64,000 nt of DNA from Minutocellus sp. GHC0000111 (taxonomy: Eukaryota): assembly GCA_977018835.1 (NCBI GenBank), contig OZ361259.1, positions 2,232,001 through 2,296,000 of the forward strand. Reading direction: 5' to 3'. Shown here one piece after another: positions 25,847 through 35,827 of this stretch. A model generated the notes under the pieces. It saw nothing but the letters and a program-made list of their open reading frames with translations. It made no database searches and had not been told where the DNA came from. Each line of letters opens with the position of its first letter. Within the stretch, counting starts at the first letter, position 1. Made by a program: the position numbers and the translations under genes.

Positions 25847-28800
25847 TTACCGTCCAAACTTATCAAGGACGTCCTGGGCGAGCTTGATGTCCATCTGGAC
25901 CTTCTTTCGCCGGTAGAAGTTACAGGCACATCCATCACCGGTGCACATGATATCAGTGTGGAGAGTACCGTGGATTCGCTGAGCTTCGGCCCAGAGCTTG
26001 GCATATCGGAATTGGGCTTCCCGGAGAACGCCGAGCTTCTCGAGGTAGATCTCGGCCTCCTTGGGGATGCAGTACTTGCACAGATTGCCCATACTCTCCT
26101 CGATGGGGGTCTTGCAGCCCATGCACTTGGCCTTCTTGGATGCAAACATCATCAAACTGCCCTTTCGGGCCGTTGGTGTGGGGACAAACACCTTGCGGGT
26201 GTGATCACCCTTGAGCAGAGTCTTGTCAACATTCTCAATAATGGGCTCGAAGATTCTCGTAAGCGGCTTAGAAAGCTGATTGGTCAGGTACCACTTGCAA
26301 TCGATCGGGATATTGTTCTCAAGGACGTAAATGGGATCCTCGGCCTTTTCGAAGTTCGCGGCTCCCTTGATACCGGTGATGATAACATACGGGACACGGT
26401 CACCCATCTGAGGCGCCGAACCGGCATCGCGCTTCTTCATTCGAGCGGCAAGCTCGACGTGAGCTTGCTTTACTTTGTAATCTTCCTTCTTTCCTCCCAG
26501 ACCGAGGGCGTACTCGGCACCCTTGTTGAGACTCTTGGTAATGACCAGACGAGAGATGTCCATCTTGTTTTGCAGAAGGTCGGATATCTGATTTTTGACG
26601 TAATCAATTGCTCCCTGAACGTCCTGATTGATGAGGATCTTATCCAACGAGGTTTGAATGACCTCTCTCACCAAGGCACAGTTATCACGACGGACCGTCT
26701 CGAGACCCTTGGTGTCCATATAATCGTACTTGTCGGTGTTGGTCCACATAAGTCCGGCATAACGCTTCTTGTTCATCAGCAAGTACGGGAAATAAACTTT
26801 CTCGAACTCCAAAAGGATCGGGCTGGGGAAAATCTCGGAACATTTGTCGGCAGCCTCAATCGCCAGCGGGAAAGTCTCTTCAACAGTCTTAGTACCAAAC
26901 TTGACCATCACGGAATCAGTATCACCGTAAACGACCTCGGCATCATACTTGTAGCCATTCGCAGTGGTGTACTTCTCCTCGACGAAGGCCTTGGTCTTTT
27001 CCAGAAGCTGACGACCATACGACGTAACGGACGAAGCGATGGGAAGGCATGGCAGCTGACCGACATTGGCACCGGTGAAACCATACACAGAGTTAGCTGA
27101 AACCTTCAGAGCCAGCTGACGACCATTCTGCACAGCCTTCTCGAATTCTGTCGGGGCGTTCTTCATGTCCTTCTTGGCGCGCTTACGAGCCGACAAGAGC
27201 TCTCCGAGAATGGTAGGTAGGATGCCCTTCTTGGTGTCCGACTTGACAAAGATATGGCCGTTATCGCTCTTGTTGTACTGAGACGGATCAAGCGTGGCGG
27301 CATCCTGAGGGCTCACCATGGTCGAGTAGCACAGGTTGTAAGCCTGCATGATAGACGGGTACAGCGAGGCGAAATCCAACGTGGCGATGGGAACCTCATA
27401 GTAATTCTTGATGGGATCCAGAACTGTGGCTCCCTCGTAACCAACATCACCACCGCCGCCGGTCTTGGCCAAAGTAGGGACAAGCAGCTTCTCATTGCGG
27501 CACTTGCGCAAAATCATACTAAACACCTTGATCTGCTGTCCACGGGCAATAAGGAACGACACGGGAACGCCCGTCACACGCGCCATCTCAATGTAGTTAA
27601 CGAGGACACTGAGCTTGTCCATCAATCTCTGAGGCAGCAGGGCATCCTTAAGACAGTACGTGGCGAGACGATGACGATCCTCATCGGTACCGTTCTGGAG
27701 ATCAGAAATGATGGAGTGATGCACATCCTCCTTCTGCTGACCGAGGAACTCGGAGCAGACACTGTTGAGCGAGTACGAGCTCAGCTTGTGATTCCGCTGC
27801 ATGTAGGGGAGCATATCGAAAATGACACGACCGTCAATGGTGGTTTCGACGTTGGCACGGCGGCCGTATGCCGAGGACTGGAACATGGTCTCCCTCATCT
27901 TGGCCATGCCATTCTTGATCCTGCCCCATTGCCGGAAGACGGACAAATTGCGCTTGCCGCCCTTCTTCTTCATGAGCGTCTCAGCACGATCCAGGAGGTA
28001 AGGAATATCGAAATTCTAAGGAAAGGAGGTGATATGTAAACATGATGTGAGTAAATTGATAAACATATACGAATTGCACAGAGGAATAATGAGCCATCGC
28101 AAGAACACTCTCCAATCCCATCCCACAATGAACAATGACTAAACTCACCTGGACGTTATAGCCGGTAATGATATCGGCATCGGCAGCCTGGAGGAAGGCC
28201 CTCCACTTGAGCAGCATGTCCTCCTCGGTATCACTGGGGATGACCTGCGCACCAACGATGGGCAAACAGCCCTTGAGGGTGAAGACATTCTGCACGATGG
28301 GCCCGTCGTTGTTGCCGTAGACACTGACGGCGTTGGCAATCTGAATGACGGGATCCTGCTCGGCCTCGGGGAAGTGTCCCTTCCGGCCCTGGCACTCAAT
28401 GTCCAAACTGAGGACGCGGAGGGGGGCGATCTTGTTCCACTCCCCCTCGGGCTTGTGGGCCACGATCTCGTTGAACGCCACGTCGACCTCGAGCTGACAG
28501 TGCGTCTGCTTCTGCGCCTCGTTCCGGCGGAGGCTGTACGTGCCCTCGGGCAGGGTGAGCCAACCGGCACCGGTGATGTCCCGATCGATCATGAACCGCA
28601 GGACGAAGGGGACGTTGCACTCGAAGGGTTGGAGCTGACAGCCCATGCCGCCGCCGCCGTTGGTCGAGCGGAGGCCGGGGACGTTGTGCCCCTCGGATTC
28701 CATAATGGTCTTGAGCTTGGGGATCATGGTGGGCATGCCGACGAACACCTTGAGGAACTTAGTGTGCGTGGCGGAGTAGCCCATGATGGAGGAGTGGTCG

Positions 28801-29378
28801 TCGATGTACTGGACGCCGTGGCAGAAGGCCGAGGCGGCGGCATCGTCGTTGCCGTTGGCTCCTCCGGCATTGCCACCGCCTCCGCCTCGTCCTCCGACCT
28901 TTTCGCGAAGACGGTCGTTGAGGAAGCGTCGGATCTCGGCCAAATTCTCCTCGGAGCCATCGACCTCGTACCCGTCGGGCAGGCCGAAGTATCCGTAGGG
29001 GGTGTAGCCGTGGATGTAGGCGGCGACGGAATTGCCGGCGTCGGTCACGCCGAAGATGCGGATGACGGGCACCTGCCCGGCCCGGGCGCCGACCATTTTG
29101 CGCTTGGACGGGTTGGGATTGGCGGGTAGGGGCTGCCCGCCGATCATGTCAATGTCGAGCCACTGCATGTTGAGGGTGGACTGGGAGGGGTCCAGGGCGG
29201 CGGCGGGGACGGCGGGACGCGACCAGCGCTTCCTCTGCGCGTCGGTGAGGCCCAGCTTGGCCGGATCGGCGTTGGCGTCATCCTGGGTGAAGGAGATGGC
29301 GGCCTCCTCCTCGACCTCGTCGAGGTCCATCTCCTCGGGGCCGTCCATAAAGTCCTCGTCGAACAACTCTTCCGACAT
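25847..29378 (-). CDS. POLD1: DNA polymerase delta catalytic subunit
   Basis: Exo I DIEC; GYNVQ|NFDIPYL across intron 28148-28016; DFASLYPSIM, KVSANSVYGFTG, YGDTDS, C-terminal CysA. Confidence 0.96.
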
Positions 29379-29550
29379 GTTTGGAATTTGGTGCGATGAA
29401 AGTTGAAAAGAATGCGTCGCGTTAAGTCAACTACTGGTGGTTGCTTTGATACAGGAGAGCAGGGAAGCAATGTGCGATATGTGCTTGCTTCACCGGCACC
29501 TCGAGCTCATCATTGTGGCGGCTGTGGCGGGCTTTGGCGGGTTGGTTTAA

Positions 29551-29567
29551 GAGGGCGCTGTCCATAA
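29551..29567 (+). repeat. Left terminal inverted repeat
   Basis: GAGGGCGCTGTCCATAA is the reverse complement of 33987-34003; the match extends to 21 bp with one mismatch. Confidence 0.95.
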
Positions 29568-30016
29568 CTTTTAGGAAGCCCCCAAAATGCGTGTTTTGTG
29601 CCGTTTTTTCTTCGCACCATCGCCAAAGTTAGCACTCCAACGTGACAATGGGCTCCTCATCGAAGGCCGCCGCTCTCCACAGTGGCGAAGAGTCATCGAC
29701 GTTCCTTTCAGCATTAAGTCGGAAATCCCTCCAGGAACACTTGGTTCAGAGGAACTTCGATGAATCAACTCTCCCTCAGAAATGCAACAGTCGACGTGCA
29801 CATCATCGTCGGATCGACCGAAATTAGTCTCGGCCGACGCATAACCAGCATTGGTGGTGCTGGTGGGAAGATATCTTGAAGTTTTGCTGTTGGGAGGTAA
29901 GGGGATATTTGTTTGGGGTATTTTTGCACGTCTCCCTCTTTTGGGGTTCTTTTTGTAAGGTTCTCATCGAAAAGCGCATCTTGCGCCAGAGCCGACACAA
30001 AACAAAAAAAACAACC

Positions 30017-32545
30017 ATGGAAACATCACGTGCTAACGCCAAGGAGGCAATCCTCTCACTCTTGCTCTCATTCCCAGACGACGTCAGATGTACTTACTAC
30101 ACTATTGATGAGCTTGTCCGTATCTTGATGCGCGGTGGCGTGTCGCCGAGCTTAGAGATCTCTCTTGTTCGATCATCTCTTCAACACGTCCCAACACGAC
30201 ACGAGGTCAATGTCCAACGACGACGTCCAGAGAAAATATCAGGCCTTGACGTTGCAAAGCCCTTCTACCGCTTCTCCAGAACAGCCGACAACGCCAGCCC
30301 ACGCTCTCAACGCAATGGCAAGCGATCACTGCCGACCATGCCTGAAAATTACTTCCAGGACGATGAAAAGCATGGGCCCCATCTCAACGCGATGCTGAAA
30401 TGTCATTCCGACAAGAATTCTTCGGGCGGTCGGTCATCTGCTCCCACCGCCAACGCTGCCGATCGTCCCAACATCACCGGCGTGCAGCTCAACGGCAAAA
30501 GAGTTGTGGTTGAGATGAAGCAGCTGCATGATTTCGTACAGAATCTCCACCGATCGTGCGGCAATCTGTGTCTCTCGGCCGAGCCAGTTCGGCGTGGATT
30601 CGGCGTTACATTTGAATGGCGATGCGATAGATGCAACCAACCTTTTTCTTTTTGCACTTGGATCGGCCAGAGGTCAGAAGTTGTGTGCCCCGGCAGAAAG
30701 CATTCTAGAAGTCAGGCTGGAATGAACTTGGAGCTGATGGAGGCAGCGGAAGATGAGGCCATGTGCGCAAGTCGCTTCATGAATTTCTGCACGAAGGCCG
30801 ACATCGTCCATCCGACCGAAAAGAGTGCCCGACAGGTGGAAAAGAAATGCAGAGCAGCGGCTATTGAAGCAGCTGATGAAATCATTGACGAGAACAGGGC
30901 AAAAGCATGTGCCGCTAGCAGCAAGACTGTTGAGTTTGAACAAGGCGGCGAGATGCACACGGCGGCGGCGGTTACGGTGGCCCAAGACGGCAGCGCCCTC
31001 AAACGCGACTACGGCCATTGCTACACTGGCTCTGCTGCTGCGGTATTTGCCGTAGACAAGGAAACTGGCCTTGTTGTTGACAAGGGAATCTCTCAGGCAA
31101 GCTGCCACTATTGCGTGAGAGCCTGCAATGCAAGATTGAGGGAGAGGCGGGAAGCCGGCAATCCAATAACGCCGAGTGAGCTCAAAAACATGAGCAAGGA
31201 TGAGACACTGGCCCTGTACGACCATGATGGCTTCTGCTATCGCAACTCTTCCTACTCCCCCGGTGTGGCAGAGGAGCATCTGGCCGAGAATGTTGGACGG
31301 AATCTTCTGGTCGACGATGAAGGAAGCGTGCAGGCGTGTCCTCTTTTCGTTGAGAAGCACGTTGCCGATGGCGATGGCAAAGGCATTGCTAGGGCAGCAG
31401 CCGCTCAGGAAGACATAGTAGGTGATGAGTTGGCTTCTGGTGTTGAGCTTTGCCGTGACTTTAATCATCTGAGCAATTCAATTGACTCAGGCTTTCGAAA
31501 AGTGTGCAAAGGAGTTGAAAATTTTAATGCCATCCCCCGACCACGCATCAATCGGATGAAACAGGACATTTCGAAGATTACTGATCGGTACAAGCACAGC
31601 GTTCTCGATCAGCCCGATGGTGCTGTGTCCGAGGAGGAAAAACAAAGTCATCTGGCCCTCCTTCAGAAAGAACTCCAGTCCGTCGTTCGTCACCAATGTG
31701 GCATTCACACTTTTTGCACCACCAACACGTGTGATTGGATTCGCCTCAGCATTGCTCATCCTGATTGGAGTGATGGCAAGCTCGATGAGGAATGGAGCTC
31801 GGGGAATCAATTCGATGGCGACATATTGGAGATTAGTGACGACACGATTCGCAAGATGACGCTTGAAATAACCAAGAGAATCAACAAGAATACTGCCGAC
31901 TCCAACTGCAAGAAGGAATCTACCACCGGCGTCGAACAGCTCAACGGGATGGTGACGAAGTTCACGATGGGGAAAAGGCCGAATTTGACTGCTTCAGACG
32001 CCTACCCAAATGCAACAAGTAGAGCCGCTGGCCACAAGTCACTGGGTACGGAATTCAATGAGCGAGTTCTTGGAAAGTTGGGATCGAGGGATTCTCCTAC
32101 CCGAAAAGATGGATTCGATGCAATTGACCGGAAGCTCGAGGGCGACCTTGCGCGTAAGCGCACCGATGAGTACAAAAAGAGCAAGAGCGACAGCAAGCGC
32201 CTTCGAGCAGCCTTGCGAAACAGAAGCGAGAAAGACGACAAGGACTATGTGTACAAGAAGAACAGGGCCCTAGCTGCTGGTAAGGCGAAACCAGCAAAGC
32301 CTGGCCGCAAGAAGAAGATTGACCAGCAGTGTCAGAAATGCAAGCAGCTTGGCCACACTCGGGCTGAATGTCAATGCGACGATGCTGACGACGTTGTCGT
32401 TTACGCCGGAAAGAAGCGCAGAAGCCCAGGCAGCAACAAGAAATCTGCAAGAAATAATAAGAAAGCTAAGACAAACTTCGGTGTATCGGCAAATGATGTT
32501 AGCTCTTGGATGCCGGCGATACTGAGAGAAAATGGCAGCTTGTAA
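30017..32545 (+). CDS. DDE transposase (Kolobok / 'Mutator-like' type, 842 aa)
   Basis: HxxC..GF..CxxC zinc motif; catalytic candidates AQDGS, HVADGDGK, TTGVEQLN; CHYC..H..C.RN; H..GIH..C motif; C-terminal CQKCKQLGHTRAEC knuckle. Confidence 0.85.
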   Translation: METSRANAKEAILSLLLSFPDDVRCTYYTIDELVRILMRGGVSPSLEISLVRSSLQHVPTRHEVNVQRRRPEKISGLDVAKPFYRFSRTADNASPRSQRNGKRSLPTMPENYFQDDEKHGPHLNAMLKCHSDKNSSGGRSSAPTANAADRPNITGVQLNGKRVVVEMKQLHDFVQNLHRSCGNLCLSAEPVRRGFGVTFEWRCDRCNQPFSFCTWIGQRSEVVCPGRKHSRSQAGMNLELMEAAEDEAMCASRFMNFCTKADIVHPTEKSARQVEKKCRAAAIEAADEIIDENRAKACAASSKTVEFEQGGEMHTAAAVTVAQDGSALKRDYGHCYTGSAAAVFAVDKETGLVVDKGISQASCHYCVRACNARLRERREAGNPITPSELKNMSKDETLALYDHDGFCYRNSSYSPGVAEEHLAENVGRNLLVDDEGSVQACPLFVEKHVADGDGKGIARAAAAQEDIVGDELASGVELCRDFNHLSNSIDSGFRKVCKGVENFNAIPRPRINRMKQDISKITDRYKHSVLDQPDGAVSEEEKQSHLALLQKELQSVVRHQCGIHTFCTTNTCDWIRLSIAHPDWSDGKLDEEWSSGNQFDGDILEISDDTIRKMTLEITKRINKNTADSNCKKESTTGVEQLNGMVTKFTMGKRPNLTASDAYPNATSRAAGHKSLGTEFNERVLGKLGSRDSPTRKDGFDAIDRKLEGDLARKRTDEYKKSKSDSKRLRAALRNRSEKDDKDYVYKKNRALAAGKAKPAKPGRKKKIDQQCQKCKQLGHTRAECQCDDADDVVVYAGKKRRSPGSNKKSARNNKKAKTNFGVSANDVSSWMPAILRENGSL

Positions 32546-32649
32546 ACACGTGTAAAATATTTTATCACTGTAAATAAAAATGGATTTATTGTGTGCTGTT
32601 ACTCACGTGCTACGCACATTCTTGTTATCTACATGTGTTGAGGTAATGA

Positions 32650-33879
32650 TTATGCATTTTCCTCTTCTTCTTCCTCTTCATCTTGATGACCAGGGATGAA
32701 TCCAACATATCGTTCACCTTTATCATTTGGATAAATGAACCTAATGCAAAAGACTAGACAGGTTGGCAAGGGCTTCCGATCAAGCCAACCTCTCACATGA
32801 TACACCTCAGTTGCATAGTACCAATACAGCATGTTCCTCTTCAAATTATTTGCCATGGCTTCGACTGGCATGGTGGTTGCGTAGTATTTGTCAGCGATAT
32901 CCTCCAGGTCCTCCTCCGTCGGCACCAGCATTTCTTCGCAGACGCATTTCTGAAAGAAGAGTGTGCCGTACATTGAGCAGCTTCGGTTGGCGGCAGTGCA
33001 GCAAGCAGGGGGTATTGGCGGCCTCTCTCTGGTCTCGTCCCAATTACCGAATGTGTCTGCCTCCGGCGCTGCCGTCGGATCATCGTCGGCTTCCTCACAA
33101 ACGGCCGCAACAAGAGCATCCGTGTCCGATCTGATCGCTGCTGATGGCCCACCATCTACCTGCAGAAGTTGGCCCATTCCAACAATATCAAAATCAACTA
33201 GTCCAATCCCAGCAGTAGAGTGTATGTCATCATATGGAGCCACATGCCATCGGTGGAACTTTGTCAATTTGATCACATGGCCCTGTTGTAGACTTCGGGC
33301 CTTTTCGGTAATTGTCAGGGCAACACGAGCGACGATAAGCTTTCCGCTTCCATCAAGCAAAGTAAGCGATGTGGTGTTGAAAGGTCGGCCGTGCGCAGCA
33401 AGAGCCGATCCAATATCGATCCGTTTCCCATGAAGTTGAAATATAGGGAAGAATTCAGGTCCGGCGTCAAACATGGGATCTTGCAATTGATCGACGATGC
33501 CGACCGTCAGCCTCAACTTCACATCAGCCACGGACAGGTTGGTAACTACGAGGCCGGGCCGCTCAGCAGCGACATCAATATCATCCCGAACATGATACTT
33601 ATCAGCGCGAGCCTCGACTGCTTTGACAAGATGTTGAAGTGCATGGCCGACGCCGGGATTGTTCCATAATTCTCGTCCTTGTCCGTTCGGGTCGTTCTCC
33701 AACGTGACGGCGAGGCCCTCCAGTATCTCGGTAACGGCGTCTTTCGCTTTGTCCTCCGCCTTCTCTTTCTTCTTGTCAACAGGCAAAATCGGGCGACCGG
33801 AGTTATCTGTCTTGAGTTTCCGCAACCGCGTATCTGCGTTGTGGGCCGGGCCGGCACTATTATCAGCGCTGCGCTTCAT
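32650..33879 (-). CDS. KolX-like accessory protein with putative N-terminal OB fold (409 aa)
   Basis: C-terminal Cys cluster plus KRNMLYWYY..RKPLPTCLVFCIRFIYP....RYVGF, matching the KolX / P2X7 ballast-domain pattern R..(L/I)P.C....IR..(F/Y)P...Y.GF. Confidence 0.75.
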   Translation of the reverse strand: MKRSADNSAGPAHNADTRLRKLKTDNSGRPILPVDKKKEKAEDKAKDAVTEILEGLAVTLENDPNGQGRELWNNPGVGHALQHLVKAVEARADKYHVRDDIDVAAERPGLVVTNLSVADVKLRLTVGIVDQLQDPMFDAGPEFFPIFQLHGKRIDIGSALAAHGRPFNTTSLTLLDGSGKLIVARVALTITEKARSLQQGHVIKLTKFHRWHVAPYDDIHSTAGIGLVDFDIVGMGQLLQVDGGPSAAIRSDTDALVAAVCEEADDDPTAAPEADTFGNWDETRERPPIPPACCTAANRSCSMYGTLFFQKCVCEEMLVPTEEDLEDIADKYYATTMPVEAMANNLKRNMLYWYYATEVYHVRGWLDRKPLPTCLVFCIRFIYPNDKGERYVGFIPGHQDEEEEEEENA

Positions 33880-33986
33880 CGTAATGAAGAGGGGGCAGAG
33901 CGGCGATTCTCATGGTGGGGTCGAGTTTTTGTCATGCTTCGCTCGTCATAAGAAATAAGAATAAGGGGGATTAAAAACGGGGAAAA

Positions 33987-34003
33987 TTATGGACAGCGCC
34001 CTC
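33987..34003 (-). repeat. Right terminal inverted repeat
   Basis: TTATGGACAGCGCCCTC immediately followed by TTAA. Confidence 0.95.
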
Positions 34004-34187
34004 TTAAATGCGCGCGCCGGCCATGCCAAAAATGAGGCTGGCAGGCTCGTCTCCCGCATTTTCAAAGCAGCAGATCTTCGTGAAGAGTGAAGAGGAAGAT
34101 CTTCGTGCTTCCATGATAATCAATTCGCTTCATTTATGGGCGTCAAATCATTCCTCTGGCTCATCGTTGTTTATTGAATATTTGAAG

Positions 34188-35363
34188 ATGAAACTCGTCG
34201 TCGCAGAGACTAGCACATCCTCTGCTGCGCGCCCCTTGCCCCAGGCTGCCCCCGATCCCAAAGAAGAGGGAAACGAGACGATCTTGTGCGGTCCATGCAG
34301 GCGCAAGGAAGGAGAACCACAAGCCTCCGGAACATACATGGCCAGCACGAAGAAGAATGTGGTCGTGGTGAGTCTTGCGAACGACATCGACGCGGAGGAA
34401 TATAACGCTAGCTCTGTTACTCGCAAAAGTGGTGGCAATACCGATTGCGAGGATGATGGCGCGACCTGCAGCGACACATCTTGTACCGACTCGTGCACCG
34501 ATGACGTTTCGAAGGCCACCAGCGTTGATGATGAATGGAGAGCACTGCTCGAACAGGTTCACGAGCTGATTTCTGAGAGAGACAATGTGAAAATTGAAGA
34601 GATTGTGGTCACAGTGAAGCAAATTGTTTTGCAGGGGAAAGTTATAGTGAATCTGCAGGAGAAGGGGGAAACGAAAGATGAACAGATAGCATTTCTGCAA
34701 AAAGAGATTGACACAAACGGGAAAGCGTTTGCAGGTAGACGCGATTTGACCAGCCGACACTTGAATACGCGCCTTGGAGAATTGAACAAGGAGGGAAAGA
34801 GTCTAGAAGGCAAGATCGAAAGGCAAGAGCGGATGCGAGAGGAAAAGTCCAATGAAATCCAGGCCATATCAGACCAGATTGGCGATCGTCTCAAGTTGAT
34901 GTCCAGCAACAATGAAGAGTATTCGAAATTACTGGAGCGGGCGTACAAATCAAAGAGGTGTGCGTATTGTCTCAGCACTGCTTCGGAGAAAAAGGATGGC
35001 GTCAAAACGACGAACCGCTGCAGCGGTTGCAAGGCCGTTCATTATTGCAACGAAGAGTGCCAAGCTGCAAACTGGGGTGTGCACCAACATTTTTGCCAAA
35101 ATATGAAGCATCGGCGAGATGAGAGGATTGCCAAGTGGTACGAGAAGGATCGGCGGCACAGAGACTTTGAGGAGAAGTTGAACTGTGGGTGGTACGGCGA
35201 AGAGTCTGATGTGGTTGGTCTTGCTGGATCCGCAGGTCCGTTCATCAACGAGTTGCTTGGCTTCGGTCTGACTGCCGTTGCCACCAAGGACAGTGCCTAC
35301 GGATGCAATGTCGAAGAAGGAGATGAGGATAAATACTGCATGAGTGGTTGTGTAATTGCATAA
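34188..35363 (+). CDS. Coiled-coil + MYND zinc-finger protein
   Basis: CAYC..CSGC....YCNEECQ...W..HQHFC, preceded by a heptad-rich region; start codon uncertain. Confidence 0.75.
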   Translation: MKLVVAETSTSSAARPLPQAAPDPKEEGNETILCGPCRRKEGEPQASGTYMASTKKNVVVVSLANDIDAEEYNASSVTRKSGGNTDCEDDGATCSDTSCTDSCTDDVSKATSVDDEWRALLEQVHELISERDNVKIEEIVVTVKQIVLQGKVIVNLQEKGETKDEQIAFLQKEIDTNGKAFAGRRDLTSRHLNTRLGELNKEGKSLEGKIERQERMREEKSNEIQAISDQIGDRLKLMSSNNEEYSKLLERAYKSKRCAYCLSTASEKKDGVKTTNRCSGCKAVHYCNEECQAANWGVHQHFCQNMKHRRDERIAKWYEKDRRHRDFEEKLNCGWYGEESDVVGLAGSAGPFINELLGFGLTAVATKDSAYGCNVEEGDEDKYCMSGCVIA

Positions 35364-35827
35364 AGGTAGGGGCGTGGGCTCCATCTCCTCATCAGCATTT
35401 CGAACGACCTTGCGATTGATATGCCCTGACCATCCCTTGCCCTGACTGGAGTTCCTTCAACAATAGATCTAATCTAAAAATTTATACCGACTAAGCAGCG
35501 CGTGGTCTACAAATACAAAAATGCACCAAACATTGTCTCATCTAATTTACCAACGAGTTTGGGTCTAATCCTATCCTGCGGTAAAAATATGAGAATATTT
35601 AGGATGCTCTTCGTTTGTCTTCTTCTTCTTCCGATTTTCATTGCTATCGACTCCAATCAATAAACTCCAGACACATATTCCTCGAGAGAAAACGTGCTCC
35701 ACGCGATTCGGCTTCAAGCCGACTGCACAGCTTGCACTCTAGACTGGTAATCGTCATCTCTCAGCCGCTTCGCTACTTTCATCCTCCATAAACGACCAGA
35801 CTTGTGCGTGTTGTGCGTGCAGCCAAT

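Larger units (their letters stand above)
29551..34003 (+). mobile_element. Kolobok-type DNA transposon, 4,453 bp, two convergent intact ORFs
   Basis: TTAA at 29547-29550 and 34004-34007; perfect 17-bp TIR GAGGGCGCTGTCCATAA; GA...TC (RR...YY) termini; DDE transposase plus KolX-like ORF. Confidence 0.88.

Noticed and set aside
25730..29129. Several long + strand ORFs
   Set aside because: They lie antisense to POLD1 and have no recognisable motifs.
29876..30016. TTG-initiated N-terminal extension of the transposase
   Set aside because: In this eukaryotic context the ATG at 30017 (ACC ATG G) is the likely start.
29547..34007. piggyBac or MULE assignment for the transposon
   Set aside because: The termini are GA..TC rather than CC..GG, there is no 9-bp TSD or long TIR, and the second ORF is KolX-like.
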